From: an uncultured Chloroflexia bacterium
GTDB lineage: Bacteria > Chloroflexota > Limnocylindria > Limnocylindrales > CSP1-4
Length of the DNA stretch: 64,000 bases
Assembly: GCA_963741085.1 (NCBI GenBank)
Contig: CAVUGM010000006.1
Coordinates: forward strand, 1,229,144 to 1,293,143
Reading direction: 5' to 3'
Shown: positions 10,442 through 19,586 of the stretch, piece after piece
Layout: every line of letters begins with the position of its first letter
Numbering within the stretch: position 1 is the stretch's first letter
Notes under the pieces: model-generated
What the model was told of the DNA's origin: nothing
Seen by the model: the letters and a program-made list of their open reading frames with translations, nothing else
Databases searched by the model: none
Position numbers and translations under genes: made by a program

Positions 10442-10800
10442 TCACAAGCGGTGGGCGATCCGAGGCCGGCCGCCCATCTCTGCGGGCAGCGTCCGCCGTG
10501 GCCCTCGGCGGACAACCTCCGCGTCAGCTCTGCGGACGAGCCTGCGCGGCTTGATCCGCCCGGCGTCGGCCGCATAGGGACCCTCGCCACGACGGTGGAT
10601 CGAGACGACGGGCTGCATCGCCGCCGGGAACTCGAGGAGCGCCTCGCGGTAGTCGGCATTGAGATCGCGGAGGCCATCCCGCAGCTTGACGGCGATCCCG
10701 GCCCTCCAGGCTTCGTCGGCCGCTTCGGCTTCGCCCAGCTCGAGTGCGATTCCGGGTCGTGGCGTCCCGTTGTCGACGGTCGCCGGGAAGGGCCGGCCCT
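10442..10800 (-). pseudogene. possible 3' remnant of an adenylate-forming enzyme gene (PaaK/GH3-like C-terminal domain); N-terminal approx 300 codons absent
   Basis: Codons are GC3-rich. The translation IALELGEAEAADEAWRAGIAVKLRDGLRDLNADYREALLEFPAAMQPVVSIHRRGEGPYAADAGRIKPRRLV resembles the small C-terminal domain of those ligases. Only about 55 nt separate it from the stop of the upstream gene at 10857. Confidence 0.25.
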
Positions 10801-10856
10801 GGCGAGCCGGCCCCAATCCATCCCAGCTTCTCCGATCTCCCGGAGAAGGATTGCGA

Positions 10857-11693
10857 TCAGCTCGCGACGGCGAGCTTCTTGAACTCCTGGACCTGGCCAC
10901 GGATCGCGCGCTCGGTGGGGAGCCGCTCGATGCTCGAGGCACCGAAGAAGCCGTTCACGCCGGGCATCCGCAGCAGCGCCTTGCCGACCTGCTCGGGCTC
11001 ATCGAACGGACCGCCGTGACAGATGACGATCATGTCCTTGCGGACCTTGCGGCCGGCGTCGGCGATCGCCATCACCTTGTCGATGGCCTGGTCGAGTGTG
11101 AACGCGACGCCGGCACCGATCGAGCCCGCGGTGGTCAGCCCGACGTGGGCGACGAGCTGGTCGGCACCCGCCTTCGCCATCTCCATCGCCTGGTCGGGGT
11201 CGAAGACGTACGGCGAACAGAACATGTCGAGATCGGAGGCGATCCTGATCGCCGCGATCTCCTTGTCGTAGCCCATGCCGGTGGCTTCGATGTTCTTCCG
11301 GAAGTCGCCGTCGATGAGGCCGACGGTCGGGAAGTTCTGGACGCCGTCGAAGCCCATCTCCTTGAGCTGCCTGAGGAACACCGGCATGAGGCGGAATGGG
11401 TCGGTCCCGTTGATCCCGGCCAGGACCGGCATGTCCTTGACGACGGGGAGGACCTCGGCCGCCATCTCGACGACGATGCCGTTCGCGTCGCCGTACGCCA
11501 TCAGGCCCGCGAGGGATCCCCGGCCGGCCATCCGGTAGCGGCCCGAGTTGTAGATGATGGCCATGTCGGCGCCGCCGGCCTCGGCCATCTTGGCCGAGAT
11601 GCCGGTACCTGCGCCACAGCCGACGATCGGGACACCAGCCTCGATTTGGGCGCGGAGCCGGCGAGTGACCTCGGCTCGCGGGATGAAAGGCAT
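10857..11693 (-). CDS. phosphoenolpyruvate hydrolase-like TIM-barrel protein (Tm-1 C-terminal domain family)
   Basis: Intact 278-aa ORF with [74 protein letters not shown]...[10 protein letters not shown]...ICHGGP matches my recollection of the family that pairs with UPF0261. Confidence 0.8.
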   Translation of the reverse strand: MPFIPRAEVTRRLRAQIEAGVPIVGCGAGTGISAKMAEAGGADMAIIYNSGRYRMAGRGSLAGLMAYGDANGIVVEMAAEVLPVVKDMPVLAGINGTDPFRLMPVFLRQLKEMGFDGVQNFPTVGLIDGDFRKNIEATGMGYDKEIAAIRIASDLDMFCSPYVFDPDQAMEMAKAGADQLVAHVGLTTAGSIGAGVAFTLDQAIDKVMAIADAGRKVRKDMIVICHGGPFDEPEQVGKALLRMPGVNGFFGASSIERLPTERAIRGQVQEFKKLAVAS

Positions 11694-11725
11694 GTGGGTC
11701 TCCTTCTGGGACCGGATCCGCCCGC

Positions 11726-12940
11726 TCAGCGCGCGGCGAGCATCTCGAGGAGGCGATCGGCCATCGCGTCGGCGAAGGCCGGGTCATTGATGGCCACGTC
11801 GAGCTCGACGAGCTCGACCTTCGAGCTGTCCAGGTTCGCGCGGATGGCGTCGAACAGGGCAGTGTCCGCGTCCGGGTCGTAGAACGGCATCCCTTCGACG
11901 TCGATCGCGCTGACACCCTTGAGCGGGATGAACAGCGCCGTCGGACCCGTCGTCGCATTCAGCTTCGTCGCGATGATCTGCCCCAGCTGCGCACACTCCT
12001 CGGGCGTGGTCCGCATGAGCGTGACCTGCGGGTTGTGGACGTAGATGTTGCGGCTCTCGTACTGCGCAGGCAGGGTCTCACGAGGCCCGAAGTTCACCAT
12101 GTCGAGGGCGCCGAGCGAGACAACCTGGGGAACTCCAGCCTTCGCCGCCGCATCCAGGCGATCCGGGCCGGCCGGAAGCACGCCGCCCACCAGCTCGTCG
12201 CACCACTCGGTGGTGGTGACGTCCGCGACGCCGGAGATGAAGCCGTCGGCGACGAGCGCTTCCATGGATCGGCCGCCGCTGCCCACCGCGTGGAAGACGA
12301 GCACCTCGAACCCGTTCGACTCGATTCGCTCGCGGAGCCGGTCGACGCACGGCGTCGTGACGCCGAACATCGTCGCCGCGACGAGTGGCTTCTCCTCGCC
12401 CGCTGCCGCAGCCTGCTCGGCCATCCCGCAGATGGCGCCGGCCGCGTTGGTGAAGACCTGGCGCGAGACGCGGTTGAGGCCGGCTACGTCGACGACGGAG
12501 TACATCATCGTGATGTCCTTCACGTCGACGTACGGGCCGACGTTGCCGGAGGCCATCGTCGAGACGATGAGCTTCGGCAGGCCGACCGGAAGCGCCTGCA
12601 TCGCCGTGGCGCCGATCGACGTCCCACCGGAGCCGCCCATCGCGAAGACAGCATCGAACGCGCCCTGCGCGAGCAGGTCGAGGGCCAGCTTCCGGGCGCC
12701 GAGGCCCATGACCTCGAGTGCGTGGCCTCGATCGCGCTTCTCGCGGAGCGAGGCGAGCGACTCACCGCCGGCCTCGGCCGTCTTCGCGGCCGGGCTGTCC
12801 GGGGTGAACACCGGCTCGCCGAGGACGCCGGCGTCGAGCACGAACGTCTGGTGTCCGCGCTGGTGGATGAGGTCGCGGATGAAGTCGTACTCCCGACCCT
12901 TCGTATCGAGCGTGCCGATGATGAGGATCGTCTTGGACAC
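11726..12940 (-). CDS. UPF0261 family protein (Tm-1 N-terminal domain family)
   Basis: The ORF track starts at 12985, but AAGGAG sits 6 nt before GTG 12940 ([21 protein letters not shown]...). Translation is conserved through ...[12 protein letters not shown]...[14 protein letters not shown]... Confidence 0.8.
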   Translation of the reverse strand: MSKTILIIGTLDTKGREYDFIRDLIHQRGHQTFVLDAGVLGEPVFTPDSPAAKTAEAGGESLASLREKRDRGHALEVMGLGARKLALDLLAQGAFDAVFAMGGSGGTSIGATAMQALPVGLPKLIVSTMASGNVGPYVDVKDITMMYSVVDVAGLNRVSRQVFTNAAGAICGMAEQAAAAGEEKPLVAATMFGVTTPCVDRLRERIESNGFEVLVFHAVGSGGRSMEALVADGFISGVADVTTTEWCDELVGGVLPAGPDRLDAAAKAGVPQVVSLGALDMVNFGPRETLPAQYESRNIYVHNPQVTLMRTTPEECAQLGQIIATKLNATTGPTALFIPLKGVSAIDVEGMPFYDPDADTALFDAIRANLDSSKVELVELDVAINDPAFADAMADRLLEMLAAR

Positions 12941-13028
12941 CTGGGTCTCCTTGCGGTGCATGGTTGCGAAAGCGGGGCCAGCCACGCCAGGTCGGCCTCG
13001 ACAGGAAGCGCTGGGGCGGGCCGCGGGT

Positions 13029-13733
13029 TCAGTAACCGGTCAGACGAAGGCGACCGGCAGGTCCCGCCGCCGCGTCCGCGGCCGATCTCGTGATGATTGC
13101 CCCTGCAAACATCTCGCCGGCGATCCGGAAGTGGCGGCGGACCGCGGCAACCGCCTCGTCCGCGTCGCGCTGGAGCATCGCGTCAAGGATGGGCTGATGC
13201 AGTTCCGCGATCGCGCGCGGATCCGTCTCCTTTGACATGAACGTGATGTACGTGCGGGACATCGGTTCCAGGAACTCCCAGACGCGGTGGAGAGTGGCAT
13301 TCGAGCTCATCTCGAGGACGCGACCATGGAACGTCGCGTCAGCGTGAGCCTCCGCGAGGATGTCGCCCGCGGCGGCCGCGCGGAACATTTCGTCGATGTA
13401 ACCCTGGAGCTCTCCGAACTCAGGTTCTGACACGCGCGGCAGGGCGAGCTGGATCCCGAGGGACTCCAGCTCCGCCCGTACCACGTACGCCTCGGCCAGC
13501 TCCGCCTTCTCGAGCCGGCGGACTCTTGCTCCCTGAAACACCGTGATCTCGACGACGCCGAGGGTCTCGAGATCGCGCAGCGCCTCCCGCACCGGACTCT
13601 GGCTGACGCCGAGCTCGCGGGCAACCCGCGTCTCGACGATCCGGGCGCCCGGCGGGTAGCGGCCGTCAAGGATCGCCTGCAACAGGAACTCCTTGACCTG
13701 CTCGCTCAGGACGCTGCGCGTGATCGAGACCAT
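13029..13733 (-). CDS. GntR family transcriptional regulator (FadR/FCD subfamily)
   Basis: Intact 234-aa ORF. The N-terminal winged HTH is RIVETRVARELGVSQSPVREALRDLETLGVVE. The C-terminal part is helical and FCD-like. Confidence 0.9.
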   Translation of the reverse strand: MVSITRSVLSEQVKEFLLQAILDGRYPPGARIVETRVARELGVSQSPVREALRDLETLGVVEITVFQGARVRRLEKAELAEAYVVRAELESLGIQLALPRVSEPEFGELQGYIDEMFRAAAAGDILAEAHADATFHGRVLEMSSNATLHRVWEFLEPMSRTYITFMSKETDPRAIAELHQPILDAMLQRDADEAVAAVRRHFRIAGEMFAGAIITRSAADAAAGPAGRLRLTGY

Positions 13734-13795
13734 TGTGGTTCGGCGCCTCCGGAGACAGCGAACCGTTGGGGGTTAGGGCGGTCTCTCGGCGCCGT

Positions 13796-15535
13796 CTAGA
13801 GGATCACAACCAGGCCAGTGTTGCCGTCAACGCGGAGGCGGTCGCCGGTCTTGATGGTAGACGTCGCCACGGAGGTGCCGACGACAGCGGGAATGCCGTA
13901 CTCGCGGGCGAGGACGGCCGGGTGGGACACGGTTCCGCCCGCGTCGGTCACCACCGCGATGATCTTGCCGTAGAGGACCTGCCAGGCCGGGTTGGTCATC
14001 TGGCAGACGAGGATCTCGCCCTCCATCAGGCTGTCGAACTCGGCCTCGGACATGACGACGCGCGCCACGCCCTCCACGACACCCGGAGAGCCGGCGATGC
14101 CGCTGACCTGGCCGTGCACCTGCACCTGGGAGCGGGTGAACTTGTCGGGGAAGCCCCACAGGTTGAGGTACGGGAACGCGAGCTGGGTCGCGGTGACCGA
14201 GCCCACCCAGTCGCGCGGCTGGAGCTTCTCCGCCGCGGAGCGCTTGGCCCTGGCCGCCGCCGCGATCGCCCGTCCGTCCATGCTGGCCGGGTTGCCGATG
14301 AACGCTCGCAGCTCGTTGTAGCGGAACAGGATGACGTCGTCCGGCTGGTCGAGGACGCCCATCGCCACCAGCTTCTCGCCGAGGGAGATAAGCACGAGGC
14401 GAACGTGTGCGTTGGCGCCCTGGTCGATGTAGAAATGGTGGTCCGGGGTGAGCGGCGCCATCTTCAGGTTGATCTCGTTGGCGGCGCGCATCTCCTCGAG
14501 GGCCTCGCCCTCGAGCCCCTGGAGAATCTCCACGGCGGCGGCGTCGATGTCGGCCTTCAGGGCGGCGGCCTTCGACGGGTAGTCGTAGTCCGAGGCGTAC
14601 TGGTCGCGAACGAGCTGGATGACCGGGGTCATGTCCTCCCGGAAGCTCGTGTAGATGAACTCGTGGCTCCAGACCGCGTGCCAGCCGAACTCCTTCTGGT
14701 AGGGGACCACCCGCTCGTCGATGAAGCGGCGGCCACGCTCGCTGGCCTGCAGGGCAGGCACGATCTCGGTCGCGGTCGTGGCGCTGAAGATGGCGGAAAG
14801 AGTCGGATCGGCCTTGACCTCCTCCTTCATCTGCCAGAGGGCCTTGATCTTGTCCCAGTTGCGGTCGTTGGCCGAGTTCTGGAGGCGGCCCAGCAGGACC
14901 TCGTCGATCGCGCCGTGGGTCTTCTCCATGACCGCCCGGAGGTTGAGGGTCGCGCTCAGCTGCGCGAAGTTCAGCATCCAGTGGATCTTCCAGTGGCGGT
15001 CGTGCATGTCGATGGCGTCCTCGAGGAGGACGGCCAGCTCGGCCAGGCTCAGCTGGTCCTTGCGGTCCAGCATCCCCTCGATGTAGTCGAAGTTGCGCTG
15101 CATCTCGGGGACGAAGCGCGAGCGCCACCACTCGGTGAACTTGTCGCCGTAGACAGGCAGCACGGCGCCCAGGTAGGCCCCGATCTTGCCCGCATACCCG
15201 TCGTCCTCGGGGACGATCGGGCGGGTCGTGTAGTTGTACTCCTGGGTGCCGACATCAAGGCCGGCCATCGCCGGGATGGCGGCCGTGTACAGGTAGCCGT
15301 TGACGTTCTTGTAGATCCAGTCGGTCGCGAACGGTGTGCCGAACCGGCGGAACATGTGGTCGCAGGAGAGCCACCAGCCACCGATATCCTCGTACATCGG
15401 GCTCAACGGCTTGGGGCAGTGCAGGTCGTCGTAGACCCAGAAGAGCTCCTTCTCGGTCTCAGAAGCCCAATCGACGGGGAACGTCGCGTCCCCGAGGAAC
15501 TGGCCGAGGACTTCTTCGTTCAGTGCAAGTGCCAC
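13796..15535 (-). CDS. PEP-utilising enzyme mobile (swivel phosphohistidine) domain protein lacking an evident ATP-grasp domain
   Basis: Intact 579-aa ORF with GTG start and SD GGAGGAG. The C-terminus GILVCQMTNPAWQVLYGKIIAVVTDAGGTVSHPAVLAREYGIPAVVG is the PEP-utiliser phospho-His motif. The N-terminus FPVDWASETEKELFWVYDDLHCPKPLSP resembles PEP synthase/phenylphosphate synthase alpha-like proteins. Confidence 0.8.
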   Translation of the reverse strand: MALALNEEVLGQFLGDATFPVDWASETEKELFWVYDDLHCPKPLSPMYEDIGGWWLSCDHMFRRFGTPFATDWIYKNVNGYLYTAAIPAMAGLDVGTQEYNYTTRPIVPEDDGYAGKIGAYLGAVLPVYGDKFTEWWRSRFVPEMQRNFDYIEGMLDRKDQLSLAELAVLLEDAIDMHDRHWKIHWMLNFAQLSATLNLRAVMEKTHGAIDEVLLGRLQNSANDRNWDKIKALWQMKEEVKADPTLSAIFSATTATEIVPALQASERGRRFIDERVVPYQKEFGWHAVWSHEFIYTSFREDMTPVIQLVRDQYASDYDYPSKAAALKADIDAAAVEILQGLEGEALEEMRAANEINLKMAPLTPDHHFYIDQGANAHVRLVLISLGEKLVAMGVLDQPDDVILFRYNELRAFIGNPASMDGRAIAAAARAKRSAAEKLQPRDWVGSVTATQLAFPYLNLWGFPDKFTRSQVQVHGQVSGIAGSPGVVEGVARVVMSEAEFDSLMEGEILVCQMTNPAWQVLYGKIIAVVTDAGGTVSHPAVLAREYGIPAVVGTSVATSTIKTGDRLRVDGNTGLVVIL

Positions 15536-15614
15536 GTGTTGACTCCTCCGGGATGCCCGGTATGGCTGCCCGACGACGCTGTGATGTGGTTCGGCCGGGC
15601 TGGGTCGCGAATCT

Positions 15615-16196
15615 TCAGGCGTTGACCGGTCCGGTCTCCGGCTGGGGCGTGGTTGGCTGGCGGAAGGGCTTCATGATGACGACGTTGAACCAGCCGAGGC
15701 CCGCGCCGAGCAGGCCGGCGAGGAGCGCCGGGACTGCGGTGACCACGGGGACCAGGTAGTCGCTGTTGAGGTTCAGGCCGCCATACGTCGCGTAGATGCC
15801 GACGAAGAACGTGGCCAGGGTCATCGAGATCGCGTTGAAGAACGGAAGCGTGCCGGTCTGGGTGACGGGGAACCACTTCATCGCGTAGATCAGGATGCAG
15901 AAGCCGACCAGGAAGGCGATCGCGATCCCGAGGTCGCCGGCCGAGACGATCTGGGTCGTGAAGTTCTTGGTGATCGCGACCATGAGGACCAGGATGAGCG
16001 TCGTGCCGATGACGCCGAGGATGTAGGCCGGGATGATGATCTTGAGGGCTTCCGGCTTGCCCCCGAGGGCGAAGTACTCGGCCCACACGATGAAGGCGGC
16101 CCAGAGGGGGACGCTCCATTCCTTGAGCCACAAGCCGAACGGCAGGCTCACCACAACGGTGATCGCCACTGCCAACCAGAGCGGAATCGCTTTCAT
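15615..16196 (-). CDS. small polytopic membrane protein, family not recognised (first gene of the accessory operon)
   Basis: Intact 193-aa ORF with SD GGGAGG. About 5-6 hydrophobic helices (LWLAVAITVVVSLPFGLWL, IIIPAYILGVIGTTLILVLMVAI, LGIAIAFLVGFCILIYA ...). Confidence 0.7.
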   Translation of the reverse strand: MKAIPLWLAVAITVVVSLPFGLWLKEWSVPLWAAFIVWAEYFALGGKPEALKIIIPAYILGVIGTTLILVLMVAITKNFTTQIVSAGDLGIAIAFLVGFCILIYAMKWFPVTQTGTLPFFNAISMTLATFFVGIYATYGGLNLNSDYLVPVVTAVPALLAGLLGAGLGWFNVVIMKPFRQPTTPQPETGPVNA

Positions 16197-16332
16197 ACCT
16201 GGTCGAGCCTCCCTACCGCCGATCCGGATCTACACGCCGATCGGTCTTGTCCGCGGGCAGCAGGCGAGCCTGCCAGGCGCTACCGTCGGTTGCGGCCCGG
16301 TTGCGAGCAAGGGCCGAATGGATCGTTAATCG

Positions 16333-16353
16333 ATCATCTATCATCTATCATCA
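16333..16353. repeat. three tandem heptamers ATCATCT/ATCATCT/ATCATCA inside an AT-rich patch
   Basis: Read directly. They are adjacent to the inverted arms GATCG-N5-CGATC at 16321-16335, between tRNA-Ser and the accessory operon. Confidence 0.8.
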
Positions 16354-16548
16354 TTTTCGTTCCATTGCCGACACGCCCGTGACCGGCCCAACGCGCCGAA
16401 CCACCGATCTCCATCCGTGCGACCGGACTGCTGGCAACAGGACCGCTCCGGCGCTGGCTCATGCTCGAACGACGTGGATAGAGGGTCAGGCAAGCCGGCC
16501 ACACTCGGACTTTCAGGCCAGTCGACGCCCAATTCGTGCCTAGAATCA

Positions 16549-16634
16549 TGGCGGAGAGGGTGGGATTCGAACCCACGGGGCCAAGGCCCGGCGGTTTTCA
16601 AGACCGCTCCGATAGACCACTCCGGCACCTCTCC
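16549..16634 (-). tRNA. tRNA-Ser (anticodon UGA), class II with long variable arm, CCA encoded
   Basis: The reverse complement is GGAGAGGTGCCGGAGTGGTCTATCGGAGCGGTCTTGAAAACCGCCGGGCCTTGGCCCCGTGGGTTCGAATCCCACCCTCTCCGCCA. It has a 7-bp acceptor stem GGAGAGG/CCTCTCC, anticodon loop CTTGAAA and T-loop GTTCGAATC. Confidence 0.95.
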
Positions 16635-16785
16635 GCGGCGCCCGCACGGAGGATAGCCTTCAGGACGACTAGCCGGGGGACGGCAGGGGGCCTGTCTGCG
16701 TCCGAGTCACGTTCGGCGTTGCGGGCCCTGCGATTGAAACGAGTCACCCCTCACGGGAACCCGGCGCTTCGCCCGCGCGAACCCG

Positions 16786-18531
16786 TCAGGGGGCGACCGT
16801 CTGGGGAACGTCGGCCGCGGCGATGGGGACCCAGGCGAGGGCGAGTGTCGCGGCGTCGGCCGCGGTGCCGTCCGACGGCACGATCGCGGCCAGCACGAGG
16901 CGCACGCCCGGCGCCATCCCGGTGACCTCCGCGCGGGCCGGGTTCGACGGCTGGGAGGGCAGCTGCGGCAGGGAGCTGAGGGGGTCAGCGCCACCCGACG
17001 GGTCCACGCCCAGCGACCGCACGAGCAGCGACGCGTGCCCAGGCGCTCCTTCCATTGCCGCGGCCGCGGAATCGGCCGACGGTGCGCCCGGACCGCCCGT
17101 GACGGCGATGTCGAGGGTGCCGGCCGCGGTCGATGGCAGGAGCGCCACGCGACTGGCCTGCGGAGCGCGGCCCAGGAGCGCGTCGTCGCGCGGGCTGGCG
17201 ACCGGGAGGGAGGTGACGGCGAGGTGGCCCAGCCCGTCGCGGTTCACGAGCGCAGCCGCCGGCAGCGACCGTCCGACGGCGTCCGGGTCGCCCGCGAGGC
17301 GCAGCACGACGACAGACGGCTGGGCGGGCACCGGCAACGGCACCAGGCGAACAGCGCCCGGGGCGAGCATGCCCAGCGGGGTCGCTGAGAGGAGACCCGC
17401 GGCGAGCGTCGCGTCCAGGGGGAGGGCCCATGCCTCGAGAACCGTCGGCGTCCCGTTCGACCCCCCGCCGAGCGGCGCGCTGCCGATGGAGCGAACGGTC
17501 GCCGCCAGGCTGCCGTCGGGCTGGAGCGAGACACCGAGCGTGGCCTCGGTGGCGTCAGCAACCCGCACCGTCAAGGATGGGACCTGTGGGGCGTCGCTCG
17601 CCGGCAGGGCCTGTCCGTCGCTGTCGAGCGCCTCCACGTCCAGGCGCCACAGACCCGGCTGGCTCGGGACGCCGAGGGCAAGGCGGGCGACACGTCCGGG
17701 CCGGTTCGTCCGCCCAGCAGGGACCCACGTGGCTCCGGGAGTCGTGGCGGGCAGGTCGGCACCGGCTTCGACGACCGCGAGCGGCGTCCAGCGGACCCGG
17801 AAGCGGATCGCCGGCGGGAGGACTGCCCCCGGGCGTGCCGTCCACGGGACGTCCAGTGCCACCCGCGCGCCGGCCGTGGGCGAGCCGATGAGCATCGGAG
17901 CGCCGAAGCGCAGGCCGCGCTCCCGCAGGGTCACCACGAGGCCGTCGAGCAGGTTCGCCAGGACCGCGATCTTGTCGGCCCAGTGGATGTCCGACGCGTA
18001 GTAGCGGTTCATCGCCCGGAGGGTCGTAAATCCATACCACCAGCGTCCGGTCGGCGAGAGGTATTCGTCGTGGATGCTCGCGGCCACCTTGAGGATCCCC
18101 TGCTCGTAGGTCTTGAAGCGCATCGCGAACTTCCAGGGATTCCGGTCGAAGGCGCCGTAACCGAACAGGTTGTGCTTCAGCCGCGCGATGGCCGACGTCC
18201 CCCAGCCGCTCTCGAGCAGCGCGTGGGCCACGAAGTAGCGGGCGTTGATCCCCTTCGTACGCTCCGCGGCCGTGAAGGCGGCGCCGAGCTTTGGCAGGGG
18301 CGTGACGGACCCGAGCACTTCGTCGATCATCCAGGCGGCATACCCCGATGCCGACAGGATGTCGGTGTTGGGCGTGAACCTCACGCCGACGCGATATGGC
18401 GCCATGAACCGCGGCTCGATCTTGCGGGGGCGCGAGCGCGCGTCCGCCACGGAGCCGGGGGCGACGGCGGCGAGGATGACGAGGGCGGCAAGTGCGCCCG
18501 CGAGAGCGCGCCCAGATGAGGTGGTTCGCAT
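16786..18531 (-). CDS. secreted protein with N-terminal mannosyl-glycoprotein endo-beta-N-acetylglucosaminidase-like domain and a long uncharacterised C-terminal region
   Basis: Intact 581-aa ORF. The signal peptide is MRTTSSGRALAGALAALVILAAVAPGSVADA. Glucosaminidase motifs are YFVAHALLESGWGTS...HNLFGYGAF. The C-terminal approx 390 aa are Ala/Pro/Leu-rich with no motif I recognise. Confidence 0.75.
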   Translation of the reverse strand: MRTTSSGRALAGALAALVILAAVAPGSVADARSRPRKIEPRFMAPYRVGVRFTPNTDILSASGYAAWMIDEVLGSVTPLPKLGAAFTAAERTKGINARYFVAHALLESGWGTSAIARLKHNLFGYGAFDRNPWKFAMRFKTYEQGILKVAASIHDEYLSPTGRWWYGFTTLRAMNRYYASDIHWADKIAVLANLLDGLVVTLRERGLRFGAPMLIGSPTAGARVALDVPWTARPGAVLPPAIRFRVRWTPLAVVEAGADLPATTPGATWVPAGRTNRPGRVARLALGVPSQPGLWRLDVEALDSDGQALPASDAPQVPSLTVRVADATEATLGVSLQPDGSLAATVRSIGSAPLGGGSNGTPTVLEAWALPLDATLAAGLLSATPLGMLAPGAVRLVPLPVPAQPSVVVLRLAGDPDAVGRSLPAAALVNRDGLGHLAVTSLPVASPRDDALLGRAPQASRVALLPSTAAGTLDIAVTGGPGAPSADSAAAAMEGAPGHASLLVRSLGVDPSGGADPLSSLPQLPSQPSNPARAEVTGMAPGVRLVLAAIVPSDGTAADAATLALAWVPIAAADVPQTVAP

Positions 18532-18740
18532 AGGTCGGGGCCACCATGCGGGACGATCCCCCCACCGACCACGACCCGACCGTCCCGTCCCCTGCTGGCC
18601 CCATGGTCCGGTCGGATGTCGAGATCGGGGTACTGGACCCCGCGCGATATAGGATCAGGGCCGCACGGCCGACCCCGGCCGGGCCGACACCCACCGCATC
18701 CCCCACCCGCCGCTCGCAGCGGGTTGCACCCGGAGGCCCC

Positions 18741-19586
18741 GTGTTCCGCCGACTCCTTGGCGGCGCGGACGACCGCTCGCCCGCGGAGACCGCCCCCAGC
18801 CGCCACCTCATCGACCTGCGCGGCGTCGTGAAGGACTACGTCACCGAGGCTGGCTCGTTCCGTGCGCTCCGGGGCGTCGACCTGCAGGTGGACGCGGGCG
18901 AGTTCATCGCGGTGGTGGGGAAGTCCGGGTCGGGCAAGTCGACTCTCATGAACATGATGACCGGCATCGACCGCGCGACCGCGGGCGACGTCTGGGTGGG
19001 TGGCACGCACCTGAACCATCTCTCCGAAGGTCGCACGGCCGAGTGGCGCGGCCGCACCGTGGGGGTGATCTTCCAGTTCTTCCAGCTCCTGCCAACGCTC
19101 ACCGTGGCGGAGAACGTCATGCTGCCGATGGACTTCGGCGGCCTCTGGACGCCGAAGGAGCGAGAAGCGCGGGCGATGACCCTCCTCGAGCAGGTGGAGA
19201 TGGTCGACCAGGCCGGCAAGCTGCCGTCCGCGACCTCGGGCGGACAGCAGCAACGCGTGGCGATCGCCAGGGCGCTGGCCAACGACCCGCCGATCCTCGT
19301 CGCCGACGAGCCCACCGGCAACCTGGACTCGGCAACCGCCGAATCGGTGATCCGGCTGTTCGACGCGCTCGTGGCCAGCGGCAAGACGATCGTCATGGTC
19401 ACCCACGATCGCGAGATCGCCTCGCACGCACGCCGGACGATCCACATGCTGGACGGGAGCCTGCTCGACGGAGCGCTGCCGGACGTACTGCCCCCTGATG
19501 CGGACTCGTCGGACCCGTCGCCCGCGGACGGGGCGGCGCTGCCGGGCACGACGCTCCCCGACCCGACGGTGCCGGCCGGTGCCTAG
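18741..19586 (+). CDS. ABC transporter ATP-binding protein (MacB/LolD-like)
   Basis: Walker A is [10 protein letters not shown], the signature is [14 protein letters not shown] and Walker B is [13 protein letters not shown] prefer GTG 18741 (GGAGG 4 nt upstream) to the ORF-track start 18546, which would leave only 14 nt to the divergent gene. Confidence 0.9.
   Translation: MFRRLLGGADDRSPAETAPSRHLIDLRGVVKDYVTEAGSFRALRGVDLQVDAGEFIAVVGKSGSGKSTLMNMMTGIDRATAGDVWVGGTHLNHLSEGRTAEWRGRTVGVIFQFFQLLPTLTVAENVMLPMDFGGLWTPKEREARAMTLLEQVEMVDQAGKLPSATSGGQQQRVAIARALANDPPILVADEPTGNLDSATAESVIRLFDALVASGKTIVMVTHDREIASHARRTIHMLDGSLLDGALPDVLPPDADSSDPSPADGAALPGTTLPDPTVPAGA

Noticed and set aside
10857-16196. Lower GC content of the accessory operon as evidence for horizontal transfer
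   Set aside because: Hand counts of a few 60-nt lines gave lower GC than some flanking lines. Lines inside hppA gave similarly low values, so the difference may simply reflect protein type. It needs a proper sliding-window calculation, which I cannot run.
10148-16786. Integrase, transposase or att direct repeat that would define a mobile island next to tRNA-Ser
   Set aside because: None of the ORFs in any frame shows integrase or transposase motifs, and I found no convincing copy of the tRNA 3' end at the far boundary. The region is therefore reported only as a possible old insertion, not as a mobile element.
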